From: an uncultured Bacteriovoracaceae bacterium
GTDB taxonomy: Bacteria; Bdellovibrionota; UBA2428
DNA: 64,000 nt
Assembly (NCBI GenBank): GCA_964636255.1
Contig: CAZWNW010000006.1
Location: 46,364 to 110,363 of the forward strand
Direction of reading: 5' to 3'
In this document: one piece after another, positions 19,018 through 27,292 of the stretch
Layout: each line of letters begins with the position of its first letter
How positions within the stretch are numbered: the stretch's first letter is position 1
Position numbers and translations under genes: made by a program
Notes under the pieces: model-generated
Databases searched by the model: none
Told to the model about the DNA's origin: nothing
The model's input: only the letters and a program-made list of their open reading frames with translations

Positions 19018-19121
19018 ATCAAGAGATATAAATATCTAGCTTATGTGAAAGCACACAGCTGCCTCTATTCCCTTCCTAGACTGAAAGGGGACTCATCAGC
19101 TTTGTTTTTTACTAAAGTAAA

Positions 19122-19400
19122 TTACTTGAGGTTACGATCGAAGCGCGCCTTTTGGCGGTTAAACCAGTCGCGGAATTTGTCGTAATTTTCGTCAAGCTCG
19201 AGAAGATTATCAAGACTTAGATAGTCGGTGCGTGAAGTGACTTTTGCTTTGTCCTGATTGTAATAACTAAATTCATTTTGATTAAGTTCAACAGCTTCCA
19301 CCCAAGATTTGATCGCATCCTTTAACCACATGGGGACGTTCCGGAGGTCAGCCTCGCGGTTGTAGTTGATCAATTCCTGCTTGATGTCGTGTTGGTTCAT
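19122..19400 (-). CDS. Orphan 92-aa helical, AT-rich protein of unknown function
   Basis: Clean ORF downstream of suhB, no overlap with other genes, hand-counted lines 33-40% GC. Confidence 0.65.
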   Translation of the reverse strand: MNQHDIKQELINYNREADLRNVPMWLKDAIKSWVEAVELNQNEFSYYNQDKAKVTSRTDYLSLDNLLELDENYDKFRDWFNRQKARFDRNLK

Positions 19401-19451
19401 GTGTTCTCGTATTTAAAGCGCAAAATGAAGAAGCGCAAGGAATTCCTATCC

Positions 19452-20297
19452 TTAGAGCAATTTTTCGGCCAAGATTTTCTGCAGGTTTTGATTCGATGCA
19501 AGGATTTCCCCTTCAAAGATATCAAAGGCTTGGCCCGAGTGTTTCGATACATGCCCGCCGGCTTCGCTTACCAGTAATGAACCGGCAGCGATGTCCCAAG
19601 GTGCCAGTCCCCATTCCCAATAGGCATCGACCCGACCACAGGAAACATAGGCTAAGTCTAGGGCAGCTGACCCATCGCGGCGTACGCCCAGGGTTTCCAT
19701 GGTCAATTTCGAAAAACGTTCAAAGCTTTTTGTTTCATTGGTCGAGCGTGTGGAAGCAAAACCTGTGATCAGTAGCGATTCCCGCAGATCCTGAACATGA
19801 CTCACTCTAAGGCGATCACGATTCAACCAGGCCCCCCCACCGCGTGTGGCCCAAAACATTTCCTTTGCGACGGGGTTATATGTGAGTCCCAAAAGTGTTT
19901 CGGCTTCACCGCTGGCGTTCCACCGTAAAAGTGCAAGCGTTGTGCAAAAGAAAGGGTAGGCGCGCGCATAGTTGGTGGTGCCGTCAATGGGGTCAACGAG
20001 CCAGAAGTATTCCGAGTCCTTGGCCAATTCCCTTGGACTTCTTGTTTCTGTAGAAGCTGCTTCTTCTCCGATAACTTTTTCTCCCGGAAACAGTTTCGTG
20101 AGATCTTCAAAGATCGCAGCCTCAACCTTTTTATCGAAGTGGGTAACAAGATCACGGTAGGACTTTTTTGTTTCGATCCCGAGACTCGCAAGGCGCCGAT
20201 GGTCGCTACCGGGGGTCGGTGAATAGCCCTCGAGCAAAAGGCCGTCGAGGCGGCGAAGCAATTCCTTACAAAGATCTATGCGACGTTCAAGGCTCAT
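19452..20297 (-). CDS. suhB: Inositol monophosphatase family protein
   Basis: IGEE, DPIDGTTNY, RRDGSAALDL, WDIAAG. Confidence 0.9.
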   Translation of the reverse strand: MSLERRIDLCKELLRRLDGLLLEGYSPTPGSDHRRLASLGIETKKSYRDLVTHFDKKVEAAIFEDLTKLFPGEKVIGEEAASTETRSPRELAKDSEYFWLVDPIDGTTNYARAYPFFCTTLALLRWNASGEAETLLGLTYNPVAKEMFWATRGGGAWLNRDRLRVSHVQDLRESLLITGFASTRSTNETKSFERFSKLTMETLGVRRDGSAALDLAYVSCGRVDAYWEWGLAPWDIAAGSLLVSEAGGHVSKHSGQAFDIFEGEILASNQNLQKILAEKLL

Positions 20298-21289
20298 GGC
20301 GCGCTTCGTTCACCGGCAAACGAGCTTTCGAAGTCCGATGCAAAACGATTTCTTCCGGCACCACGTCCCAGAAGCGCCATCATTTTCGTAAGACTGGCCT
20401 CGAAGGTCATGTCCCCGGCCGAGATGGCTCCTGCTTCCAAAGCCTTTCGGCCGGTTGCATAGAGATTGAGGTCGACACTGCCATAGATTGCTTGCGAACA
20501 AATAACACAGGGGACGCCCGTCTCGGTGGCACCTCGGATGAGATGAAGTACTGAACTTTCCCCTAGGGGAATGTCACCGGGCCCGAAACCGTGAATGATG
20601 AGGCCTTTGACTCTCTGAGATAAGAGCGGCAGTAAAATTTCGACGTTTAGACCCGGAAACAAAAGCACACTTGCAACGTGGGTCTCTAAGCGTGCATCAA
20701 AGACCAATGGTTGTGGTGGAAGATCGGAATTCTTCCATTCGACGCTGGCTCCAACGGTCGCCAATGGAGGGAAATTCGGGCTCTCAAAAGCACCAAATTT
20801 AGAAACCGAGACTTTTTTTGCACGGTTTCCTCGCAAGAGGACCGAATCGAAAAAGATCGTGATTTCCCGGCAGCGCCCCTCGGCCGCTAATTCAACAGCG
20901 TTGATTAAATTCCGGGGAGCATCCGAGCGAGGATCGATCAGCGGACGTTGAGAGCCCGTAAGAATCACAGGCTTTTGAATTCCAGCCAACATGAAGGAAA
21001 GGGCGCTGGCGGTGAAGGCCATCGTGTCCGTTCCATGAATAACGACAAAGGCGTCCCACTCAGCCATTTGGCGGTGAATGCAGCTTGCGATTTCAATCCA
21101 GTCTCGTGGGTGTAGGTTTGAACTGTCTTTGTTGAAAAGCACCTCAACGCCGACCTCAGCTCGCTCGAAAATCTCAGGACAGTTTTTTTTCAGACTCTCT
21201 CGAAAACGTTCTTGATCGCTGGGCTCGCCGCTGAGTTCCATCCCGAGTGTTCCTCCGGTATGGATGAGAAGCACCCGTTTTTTGCTCAT
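20294..21289 (-). CDS. ansA: L-asparaginase, type I (cytoplasmic)
   Basis: HTGGTLGM, HGTDTM, PVILTGSQ, SDAPRNL. Confidence 0.9.
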   Translation of the reverse strand: MSKKRVLLIHTGGTLGMELSGEPSDQERFRESLKKNCPEIFERAEVGVEVLFNKDSSNLHPRDWIEIASCIHRQMAEWDAFVVIHGTDTMAFTASALSFMLAGIQKPVILTGSQRPLIDPRSDAPRNLINAVELAAEGRCREITIFFDSVLLRGNRAKKVSVSKFGAFESPNFPPLATVGASVEWKNSDLPPQPLVFDARLETHVASVLLFPGLNVEILLPLLSQRVKGLIIHGFGPGDIPLGESSVLHLIRGATETGVPCVICSQAIYGSVDLNLYATGRKALEAGAISAGDMTFEASLTKMMALLGRGAGRNRFASDFESSFAGERSAP

Positions 21290-21783
21290 GTGCGTTTCCT
21301 GGCTTTAGTGACCGGGGCAGCTGTTTTTGTTGCGGCGACCTTTTGCGGCGACAATCGTGGAGCCTGCACGCGCCTGAAATCATTGATGTAGGCTTTCATA
21401 AAATCATAACGAGTTACAATGCCCACCACTTGGCGTTGCACGTTTACGACGGGCATTCGCTTCAATTTGTTTTTGATAATGATCAAGAGCGCTTCTCGAA
21501 AAGAAGTGTCTGGATAGCAGGTGATGAGCTTGACGTCTTGGCATTCGATTCGCGAAGTCAAAGGTTTGGAGGCGGCCTGGAGTATGGCATCCATCTCTGA
21601 GTAAACACCCACTAATTTCCCCTCGTCAGAAACTACGGGGAGACCACTAATTTTGTTTGTGATCATCAGTTCCATGGCCTTCATTAGGGTCGTGCTTTCT
21701 TTTGCAAGAATCACGTCGACGGTCATGAACTTCGATACCGACTTAAAGGCGAGTGTATCTGAAACAGGAGGGGTCTCGCTCAT
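21286..21783 (-). CDS. CBS-domain pair protein with basic tail
   Basis: ISGLPVVSDEGKLVGV, LKRMPVVN..VVGIVTRYD. Confidence 0.88.
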   Translation of the reverse strand: MSETPPVSDTLAFKSVSKFMTVDVILAKESTTLMKAMELMITNKISGLPVVSDEGKLVGVYSEMDAILQAASKPLTSRIECQDVKLITCYPDTSFREALLIIIKNKLKRMPVVNVQRQVVGIVTRYDFMKAYINDFRRVQAPRLSPQKVAATKTAAPVTKARKRT

Positions 21784-23219
21784 GCGTTCTCTAAACCCTT
21801 GGCGTTGATGCCGTACTTTTTAATTTTTCGCAAAAGTGTATTTTTTGGAATCTTAGCTAGCTCACTGGTTTGATTGATGCGGCCGTTGTGGGCTTTTAGC
21901 GCCTGAATGATGAATTCCTTCTCAAATTCAGCCTTGGCGACATGGTAATCAAGGCGTTCGCCGGTCGGAAGTTTGAGGGCCTTTGCAGGAAGCTCCAGTG
22001 ACCATCCTTCTTCCTGATCCTTCAGGTCCTCGTGAATGCTTTCCGGTAGGCTTGAGGATTGGATCAAATTTCCTTTTTCGACGATGAAAGCGTGCTCAAT
22101 GGCATTTTCAAGTTCGCGAATGTTTCCAGGCCAGGAATATTTTCGAAGACAAGCAATCGCCTCATCGCTGATCCCAAGAATTTTATGCTGATGTTGATGA
22201 TTAAAATTCGTAATGAATTGGTTAACCAGCTGCGGAATGTCTTCGCGCCGCTCTCGAAGCGGCGGTAAATAAACAGGCATCACGTTCAGTTTGTAATAGA
22301 GGTCCGATCGGAATTCGCCGCTTTCCATCAATTTTTCGATGTCTCGGCTAGTTGCGGCAACAATACGCACGTCGACGTTAAATTCGCGTGTCGAGCCTAC
22401 GGGGCTAATTTTCCGTTCCTGAAGGACCTTCAATAACTTAATTTGAACGGCTGCTGGAAGCTCAGTGATTTCATCAAGAAAGAGAGTTCCACCGGAAGCA
22501 AATTGAAACTTGCCAATTTTGCGAGCGTCCGCACCGTCGACTGCGCCTTTTTCGTGGCCGAAAAATTCGCTTTCCATCTGGCTTTCCAGTACCGCAGCAC
22601 AGTTGATGGCAACAAAGGGTTTGGTTTTACGGGGGGAATTAAAGTGAATAGCTTTGGCCATCAATTCTTTACCCGTTCCATTTTCGCCGCGAATTAAGAC
22701 GCTGGTATGAACTGCCCCCAGTCGGCCAATAAGGTCGTAGACTTTACGCATTTGCCGGGAATCGCCCACAAATTCGACCGGAGTTTCCTCGCCTTCTTTT
22801 TCAATCGGAGTTGAAAAAGTTACCTGCTTCAAAAGTCCACGGGCTTGTATTGCACGATTAAGAATTTCATCAAGTTTTTCATTTTGAAGAGGTTTTTCCA
22901 AGTAATCGAAAGCGCCCAGTTGGACGGCCTTCACGGCGTCTTGGATGCTGGCATGGGCTGTAATGATAACAACCATGGTGACGTGGTCACTTTTTTTGAT
23001 CGTCTCAAGAACTTTTAAACCATCGATTTGCGGCATGCGCACATCGAGTAAAAGCAAGTCAAAGCGTTCGGTGTCCAAGGCCCTCAATGCAGCTAGACCG
23101 TCGGAGGCTTCAACAATGTGGTGTTTGCCTTTTTCAAGGTAACTGCGAAGACCGGCACGAAGTTCGGGTTCATCATCTGCGATTAGAATTTTAAGAGGCG
23201 TCATTCGGGGGCTAATCAT
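21780..23219 (-). CDS. NtrC-like response regulator (receiver + AAA+ + Fis-type HTH)
   Basis: ILIADDE, LLDVRMP, GENGTGKE, GGTLFLDEI, FRSDLYYKL, WPGNIRELEN; start set at MISPR. Confidence 0.92.
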   Translation of the reverse strand: MISPRMTPLKILIADDEPELRAGLRSYLEKGKHHIVEASDGLAALRALDTERFDLLLLDVRMPQIDGLKVLETIKKSDHVTMVVIITAHASIQDAVKAVQLGAFDYLEKPLQNEKLDEILNRAIQARGLLKQVTFSTPIEKEGEETPVEFVGDSRQMRKVYDLIGRLGAVHTSVLIRGENGTGKELMAKAIHFNSPRKTKPFVAINCAAVLESQMESEFFGHEKGAVDGADARKIGKFQFASGGTLFLDEITELPAAVQIKLLKVLQERKISPVGSTREFNVDVRIVAATSRDIEKLMESGEFRSDLYYKLNVMPVYLPPLRERREDIPQLVNQFITNFNHQHQHKILGISDEAIACLRKYSWPGNIRELENAIEHAFIVEKGNLIQSSSLPESIHEDLKDQEEGWSLELPAKALKLPTGERLDYHVAKAEFEKEFIIQALKAHNGRINQTSELAKIPKNTLLRKIKKYGINAKGLENA

Positions 23220-24867
23220 AGAGGGAATCCTGGGGGAGGGCAACACGCATTACCGTCCCGGTTTCCTTCTCGTGAAAGTAATGTCGCTCGCTTGTGGTCG
23301 AGCTGTCTGAATCCTGAAAAGATTTTGAAAATAATGAGATCTTTCCGTTATGCTTTTCAACGAAAAAGGAACTCAGATAGAGTCCCAAGCCGCTTCCTTG
23401 GACCGGCTGATCTTTCGGAGCAAGTTCATTGGCGCCGCGGAAGAATTTCTCGAAAACCTTCTTACGATCGCCCTCTGGAATCCCGGGGCCTTGATCTCGG
23501 ATTTCGAACCACACGGAGGGTTGTGGGGGCACTAAGGCTTGGTCGTTTTCCTGGTCGCCACAGCGTACAAATACTTGAGAGTTTTCGGGGGCATATTTGA
23601 TGGCATTTCCCAGCAAGTTGCCTGCCACCTCTCGCATTAGAGTCGGATCTAGATCCACCAAAAAAAGAGGGTCGAATTCTTTGACGATTTTTACATGTTT
23701 TCGGTCTGCCAGAGCTTCATGCGATTGCACGACTTCGGTTAAGAGAGTCGTAAGATCCGTGGGCTCCTTTCGCAGATGGAATTCCTGAGCTTCGATGCGG
23801 CTGAGAAGAAGGAGCGACGAGATATTTTTAAACATTTCTTTATTCGCTGCGAGAATTTTTTCGATCTCTCTCTTCTGGTCTTCGCTAAGAGCATGTTTTG
23901 AATCTTGAATCAGTCGTTCTGAAATGGCTTGAATTTTTGCGATTGGCGTTTTCAGATCATGTGAGATCAACGAGAGAAAGTTGTTCCTCATTTCATCAAG
24001 TCGCAAGAGACTTTCCTTTTCCCGATTCAACGACCACTCCGAGCGATCCCGTTGGTCCAGTCGATCGCTAACTCCTAAAATGTAGGTCATCACCGAGGAA
24101 AGCATTGGCGCCGCGATGAGTAGTTGAAAATCAAAAGTTTCAAAGCTGATGAAGGAACAAAGGATGAGAAACAAAAATAGTCCGAGTAGGTAAATGAGCG
24201 TGATTGCAGTCGGCAAGAAGTAGACAAAATAGGAAGTAAGAGTGATTGCCGCGATAGAGAGCGCGCTTTGCTGAAGAAGTGTTCCGTTTTTTAATGTGCG
24301 CCCCTCAACCAAGTTTGCCAGGAAATTCAGTAGGACGTCGGTTTGGGTCATTGTTCCCATGGGAGTGTTCAGTTGGGGGCCGGAACGAAAATTCTTCGAA
24401 ACCAGGACAACCAGAACATCTTCGGACATGTCGGCCTCGAGCTCGAGAAATTCCTGAAACTCCATGTGTCGAAAATCAGAGGATTTTCCAGAGTAGAGAA
24501 GTTGGTCCGAACTTAGGAGTTCGCGTTGCTTCAGATCAAGAGTATCCGAAAGTTCTATTTGAAGGTCGACGATAGATCCGACTGAAAATTTATTCGAGAG
24601 GTCAATGCGTTTACAGGGGCTTAGGAGAAGCGATTCTTCTGTAATGTCGACGCATTTTTTGGCTCTCTGGGAAAAACTTTCCGGCAACGTACGCGCAAAT
24701 CCAACGGAAGGCATTTCGATGACCAAGACATATTCGGACAGTTGCCGGGGGCCGCGTAATTGATAGCTCAGTTCTAGAATTTGATCGTCCACAAATCCCA
24801 GAGGTAGGAATCCCAGAAGAGCTGCGGGAAGAACCCTCAGGAAGGATTTGAGTCGAAGCTTCTTCAC
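23212..24867 (-). CDS. Membrane sensor histidine kinase with CHASE2-like input
   Basis: SHDLKTP H-box, NAIKY N-box, DQGPGI, GSGLGL; TPMGTM..LLNFLANL precedes 3 TM helices. Confidence 0.88.
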   Translation of the reverse strand: MKKLRLKSFLRVLPAALLGFLPLGFVDDQILELSYQLRGPRQLSEYVLVIEMPSVGFARTLPESFSQRAKKCVDITEESLLLSPCKRIDLSNKFSVGSIVDLQIELSDTLDLKQRELLSSDQLLYSGKSSDFRHMEFQEFLELEADMSEDVLVVLVSKNFRSGPQLNTPMGTMTQTDVLLNFLANLVEGRTLKNGTLLQQSALSIAAITLTSYFVYFLPTAITLIYLLGLFLFLILCSFISFETFDFQLLIAAPMLSSVMTYILGVSDRLDQRDRSEWSLNREKESLLRLDEMRNNFLSLISHDLKTPIAKIQAISERLIQDSKHALSEDQKREIEKILAANKEMFKNISSLLLLSRIEAQEFHLRKEPTDLTTLLTEVVQSHEALADRKHVKIVKEFDPLFLVDLDPTLMREVAGNLLGNAIKYAPENSQVFVRCGDQENDQALVPPQPSVWFEIRDQGPGIPEGDRKKVFEKFFRGANELAPKDQPVQGSGLGLYLSSFFVEKHNGKISLFSKSFQDSDSSTTSERHYFHEKETGTVMRVALPQDSLYD

Positions 24868-24927
24868 TCAACATTGTTTAGAGCGAGCGTCATGACAGCG
24901 CAAGGCTTTCACGGTAAGCTGCCGAAT

Positions 24928-25338
24928 ATGCGGGCAATTATTCTTGAGACGCGACCTGAGGTTGTTGGCGAATTAAAGGAAGTATTCGTCGAATTCAAGA
25001 TTCAGGTCGTCCAGTGGTCCCCGAAGGGCAGCGGTTGGATGGTGGATTTTCAAAAAAACCGCCCTGACGTCGTTTTTATCGATTATCTGCTGCCGGGTCG
25101 TGATGGACTGAGTTGTCTGGAAAAGGCTATCGAACTTACGAATCAGCCCTATTACTTTTTCATGCATTCCTATCGAGGCACGAAAGCAAGTTTGTTGGAA
25201 GGGAAGGCCTTTATTCTTGGTGCCGACGCGGTGGTGCAAAAGCCACTGTCTCGTAGCCGGCTCAGGGCCTCTTTGCAGCGCATGATCCGTAGCCGCGAAG
25301 GCAGTAATCGTCGTACGCGACTCGTTATTCGGGAATAA
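24928..25338 (+). CDS. Single-domain response regulator receiver, atypical
   Basis: PDVVFIDYLLPGRDGL and GADAVVQKP; start set at MRAIIL. Confidence 0.75.
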   Translation: MRAIILETRPEVVGELKEVFVEFKIQVVQWSPKGSGWMVDFQKNRPDVVFIDYLLPGRDGLSCLEKAIELTNQPYYFFMHSYRGTKASLLEGKAFILGADAVVQKPLSRSRLRASLQRMIRSREGSNRRTRLVIRE

Positions 25339-25342
25339 ATCG

Positions 25343-26008
25343 CTAAAAACGAATGCCGGCAAGAAGTGCGCTACTGACGAAACTTCCCGTCGATCCCAGG
25401 CGGTGGATGTAAAAAGTCGCTTGGATCAGAAAGGCATTTAAGTCCCAGAGGCTAGTGAAGCCTACACTGGGAAATAGGGTGATTTCGCTTTCTCCGGCGG
25501 CGGTGGATTCGATTCGTAAATCAAGAGTGGTCAATAACCCTGGCTTCCACATAGAAGTTTTTCCCAGTCGGCTGCGATAGAAGACACCTTGTTGCAAAAC
25601 GAAGACGTTTAATTTGTCTTCAGTTGTAAGGTTCATTCCGCGATAGCCCACTTCCGTTTCCAGAAATATCGGTTGGAAGGCCATATCCCAACCAAAACTC
25701 AGTCGTCCCTCGGCGCCAAAGCCAGTAATGCTGACGCCTTCGACAACAAGGCTCTGAAAATAACTATGGTTCACGCCGGCCTTGAGACCCATGCGAAAAA
25801 GCGAAGTGCGTTTTTTAAGTCGACCTTGTTTGACAAGTTCTTCGGGTGATTCCACTGGTAGTGAATTGTCCTCTCCCGAGGGAGGAGCTTCATCATAGGG
25901 ATATTCTTGGGCGTGAATATTTTGTGAGTGTAGAAAAAAAATTCCGCTAATGACGATAGAGAAAATCCGCAACATGCCTATCGATGATAATGGCAGGGAT
26001 TGAATCAA
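25343..26008 (-). CDS. Putative outer membrane beta-barrel protein
   Basis: Signal-like N-terminus, amphipathic strands, C-terminal LLAGIRF. Confidence 0.65.
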   Translation of the reverse strand: MIQSLPLSSIGMLRIFSIVISGIFFLHSQNIHAQEYPYDEAPPSGEDNSLPVESPEELVKQGRLKKRTSLFRMGLKAGVNHSYFQSLVVEGVSITGFGAEGRLSFGWDMAFQPIFLETEVGYRGMNLTTEDKLNVFVLQQGVFYRSRLGKTSMWKPGLLTTLDLRIESTAAGESEITLFPSVGFTSLWDLNAFLIQATFYIHRLGSTGSFVSSALLAGIRF

Positions 26009-26030
26009 ACAAGGCAGGGAAAATTTGCGA

Positions 26031-26077
26031 AATAAAAATTGCGCGCCTCGGAAGCTCGGGGTGCTTCCCAGGCGCGC
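26031..26077 (-). terminator. Probable intrinsic terminator downstream of flagellin
   Basis: GCGCGCCT/AGGCGCGC (8 bp) + GGAAGC/GCTTCC (6 bp) stem followed on the minus strand by AATTTTTATT. Confidence 0.6.
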
Positions 26078-26205
26078 TCAATCAGAGTGAGATTAAACCG
26101 CTACTTTGCCCAGCTCTCGCTAAGCTTCATAAGGAAGGGAGGTCCCTCACGCTGCCGTGAGGGCTGGACAACTCCGGTCCATTCCCACTCCAAAATCCGT
26201 CTTAG

Positions 26206-27033
26206 CTAGATCAGTTTCAATGCCATCGAAGGAACTGTGTTCGCTTGGGCCAACACAGAGACACCAGCCTGTCGGATGATGGAGGCCTTTGCCAAGTCAG
26301 CGCTCTCTTGAGCGATGTCAGCGTCTCGCATCCGGCTATTGGCAGACTTCAAGGCTTCTGCGCCGATTTCAACAGTGTTGATTACAGATTGCATACGGCT
26401 TTGAATGGCACCGAAGTTTGCGCGCATTGTACCGATCTTTCCAATCGCGTCTTCGATTTTGTCCATCGAACCCCGTGCAGCGTCTTTGTTTTCGACGCTG
26501 ACGCCGCTGACGCCTAGGGCGCCAGAAGTTGAGTTCGCAAGACCTGCATCAAAAGTGATGTAGTTTTGCTCATTACCTTGAGTGCCGATGTGGAAGTCGA
26601 GTGATCCACCGCTACCGTTCAAGAGAAAGGTACCGGAGTACTGAGTCGTTTGAGCGATACGGTCCAATTCTTTCAAGAGCTGTTGGGTCTCTACGTTCAA
26701 GAAGTTACGCTCGTTGTTACCGAGAGTATCGGAAGCAGCTTGAGTTGAAAGTTCGCGGACGCGTGTCAAAATGTTTGTGGTTTCCGCCAGCGCTCCTTCG
26801 GCAACTTGAATGAAGCTGATACCGTCGGAAGCGTTTCGCTGAGCTTGTTCCATGGCTCGGATCTGAGATTTGATCTTTTCCGAGATGGTCAATCCGGCGA
26901 CGTCGTCTGCGGCTTTGTTGATGCGCAGACCGCTAGCTAAGCGCTCCATGGCGCGGTCGGTTTGGCCTGCGGTGCTTTTCAAGGCACGAATGGCCGATAC
27001 TGATGGAATGTTCGAGTTAATTCTTAGTCCCAT
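26206..27033 (-). CDS. fliC: Flagellin (short, 275 aa)
   Basis: MGLRINSN..ERLASGLRINKAADD..; RANFGAIQSR; SRMRDADIAQE. Confidence 0.95.
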   Translation of the reverse strand: MGLRINSNIPSVSAIRALKSTAGQTDRAMERLASGLRINKAADDVAGLTISEKIKSQIRAMEQAQRNASDGISFIQVAEGALAETTNILTRVRELSTQAASDTLGNNERNFLNVETQQLLKELDRIAQTTQYSGTFLLNGSGGSLDFHIGTQGNEQNYITFDAGLANSTSGALGVSGVSVENKDAARGSMDKIEDAIGKIGTMRANFGAIQSRMQSVINTVEIGAEALKSANSRMRDADIAQESADLAKASIIRQAGVSVLAQANTVPSMALKLI

Positions 27034-27136
27034 AATTACGTTCCTCCCTTGTTAGGGCCGGCGCGATTTCGCGCCTGGCTGTATGAGAGAGGGTGGTCGC
27101 GTTTGACTCACCGCATTAATTTCTCACACGGTCTTT

Positions 27137-27163
27137 ATATCGACGCAGTGCGAAAATACTTTA
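27137..27163 (-). promoter_or_regulatory. Sigma28 (FliA) promoter
   Basis: TAAAGTAT-N11-GTCGATAT upstream of flagellin, canonical TAAA-N15 spacing. Confidence 0.8.
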
Positions 27164-27292
27164 GCGCGGTGCAGCAAATTGAGAGGGATATTTGGCCTAA
27201 ATATATGAATTTATTATATTAAAAAAATTTACTGTTTTTCCTAAAGTCGGAAGCCTGAGCTCTATATTTTGGGGGGAAGGATCAGCGCCTTA

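Larger units (their letters stand above)
18631..19065. ncRNA. Candidate novel highly structured non-coding element (RNA or ssDNA), ~435 nt
   Basis: Seven mutually complementary segment pairs of 10-35 nt (see findings); closing stem 18631-18637+18656-18660 with 19054-19065. Confidence 0.5.

Noticed and set aside
26120-26200. Possible tRNA-Sec or SRP RNA behind flagellin
   Set aside because: No TTCGA T-loop, anticodon arm or SRP GGAA/AGCAG motif; kept only as an unspecified structure.
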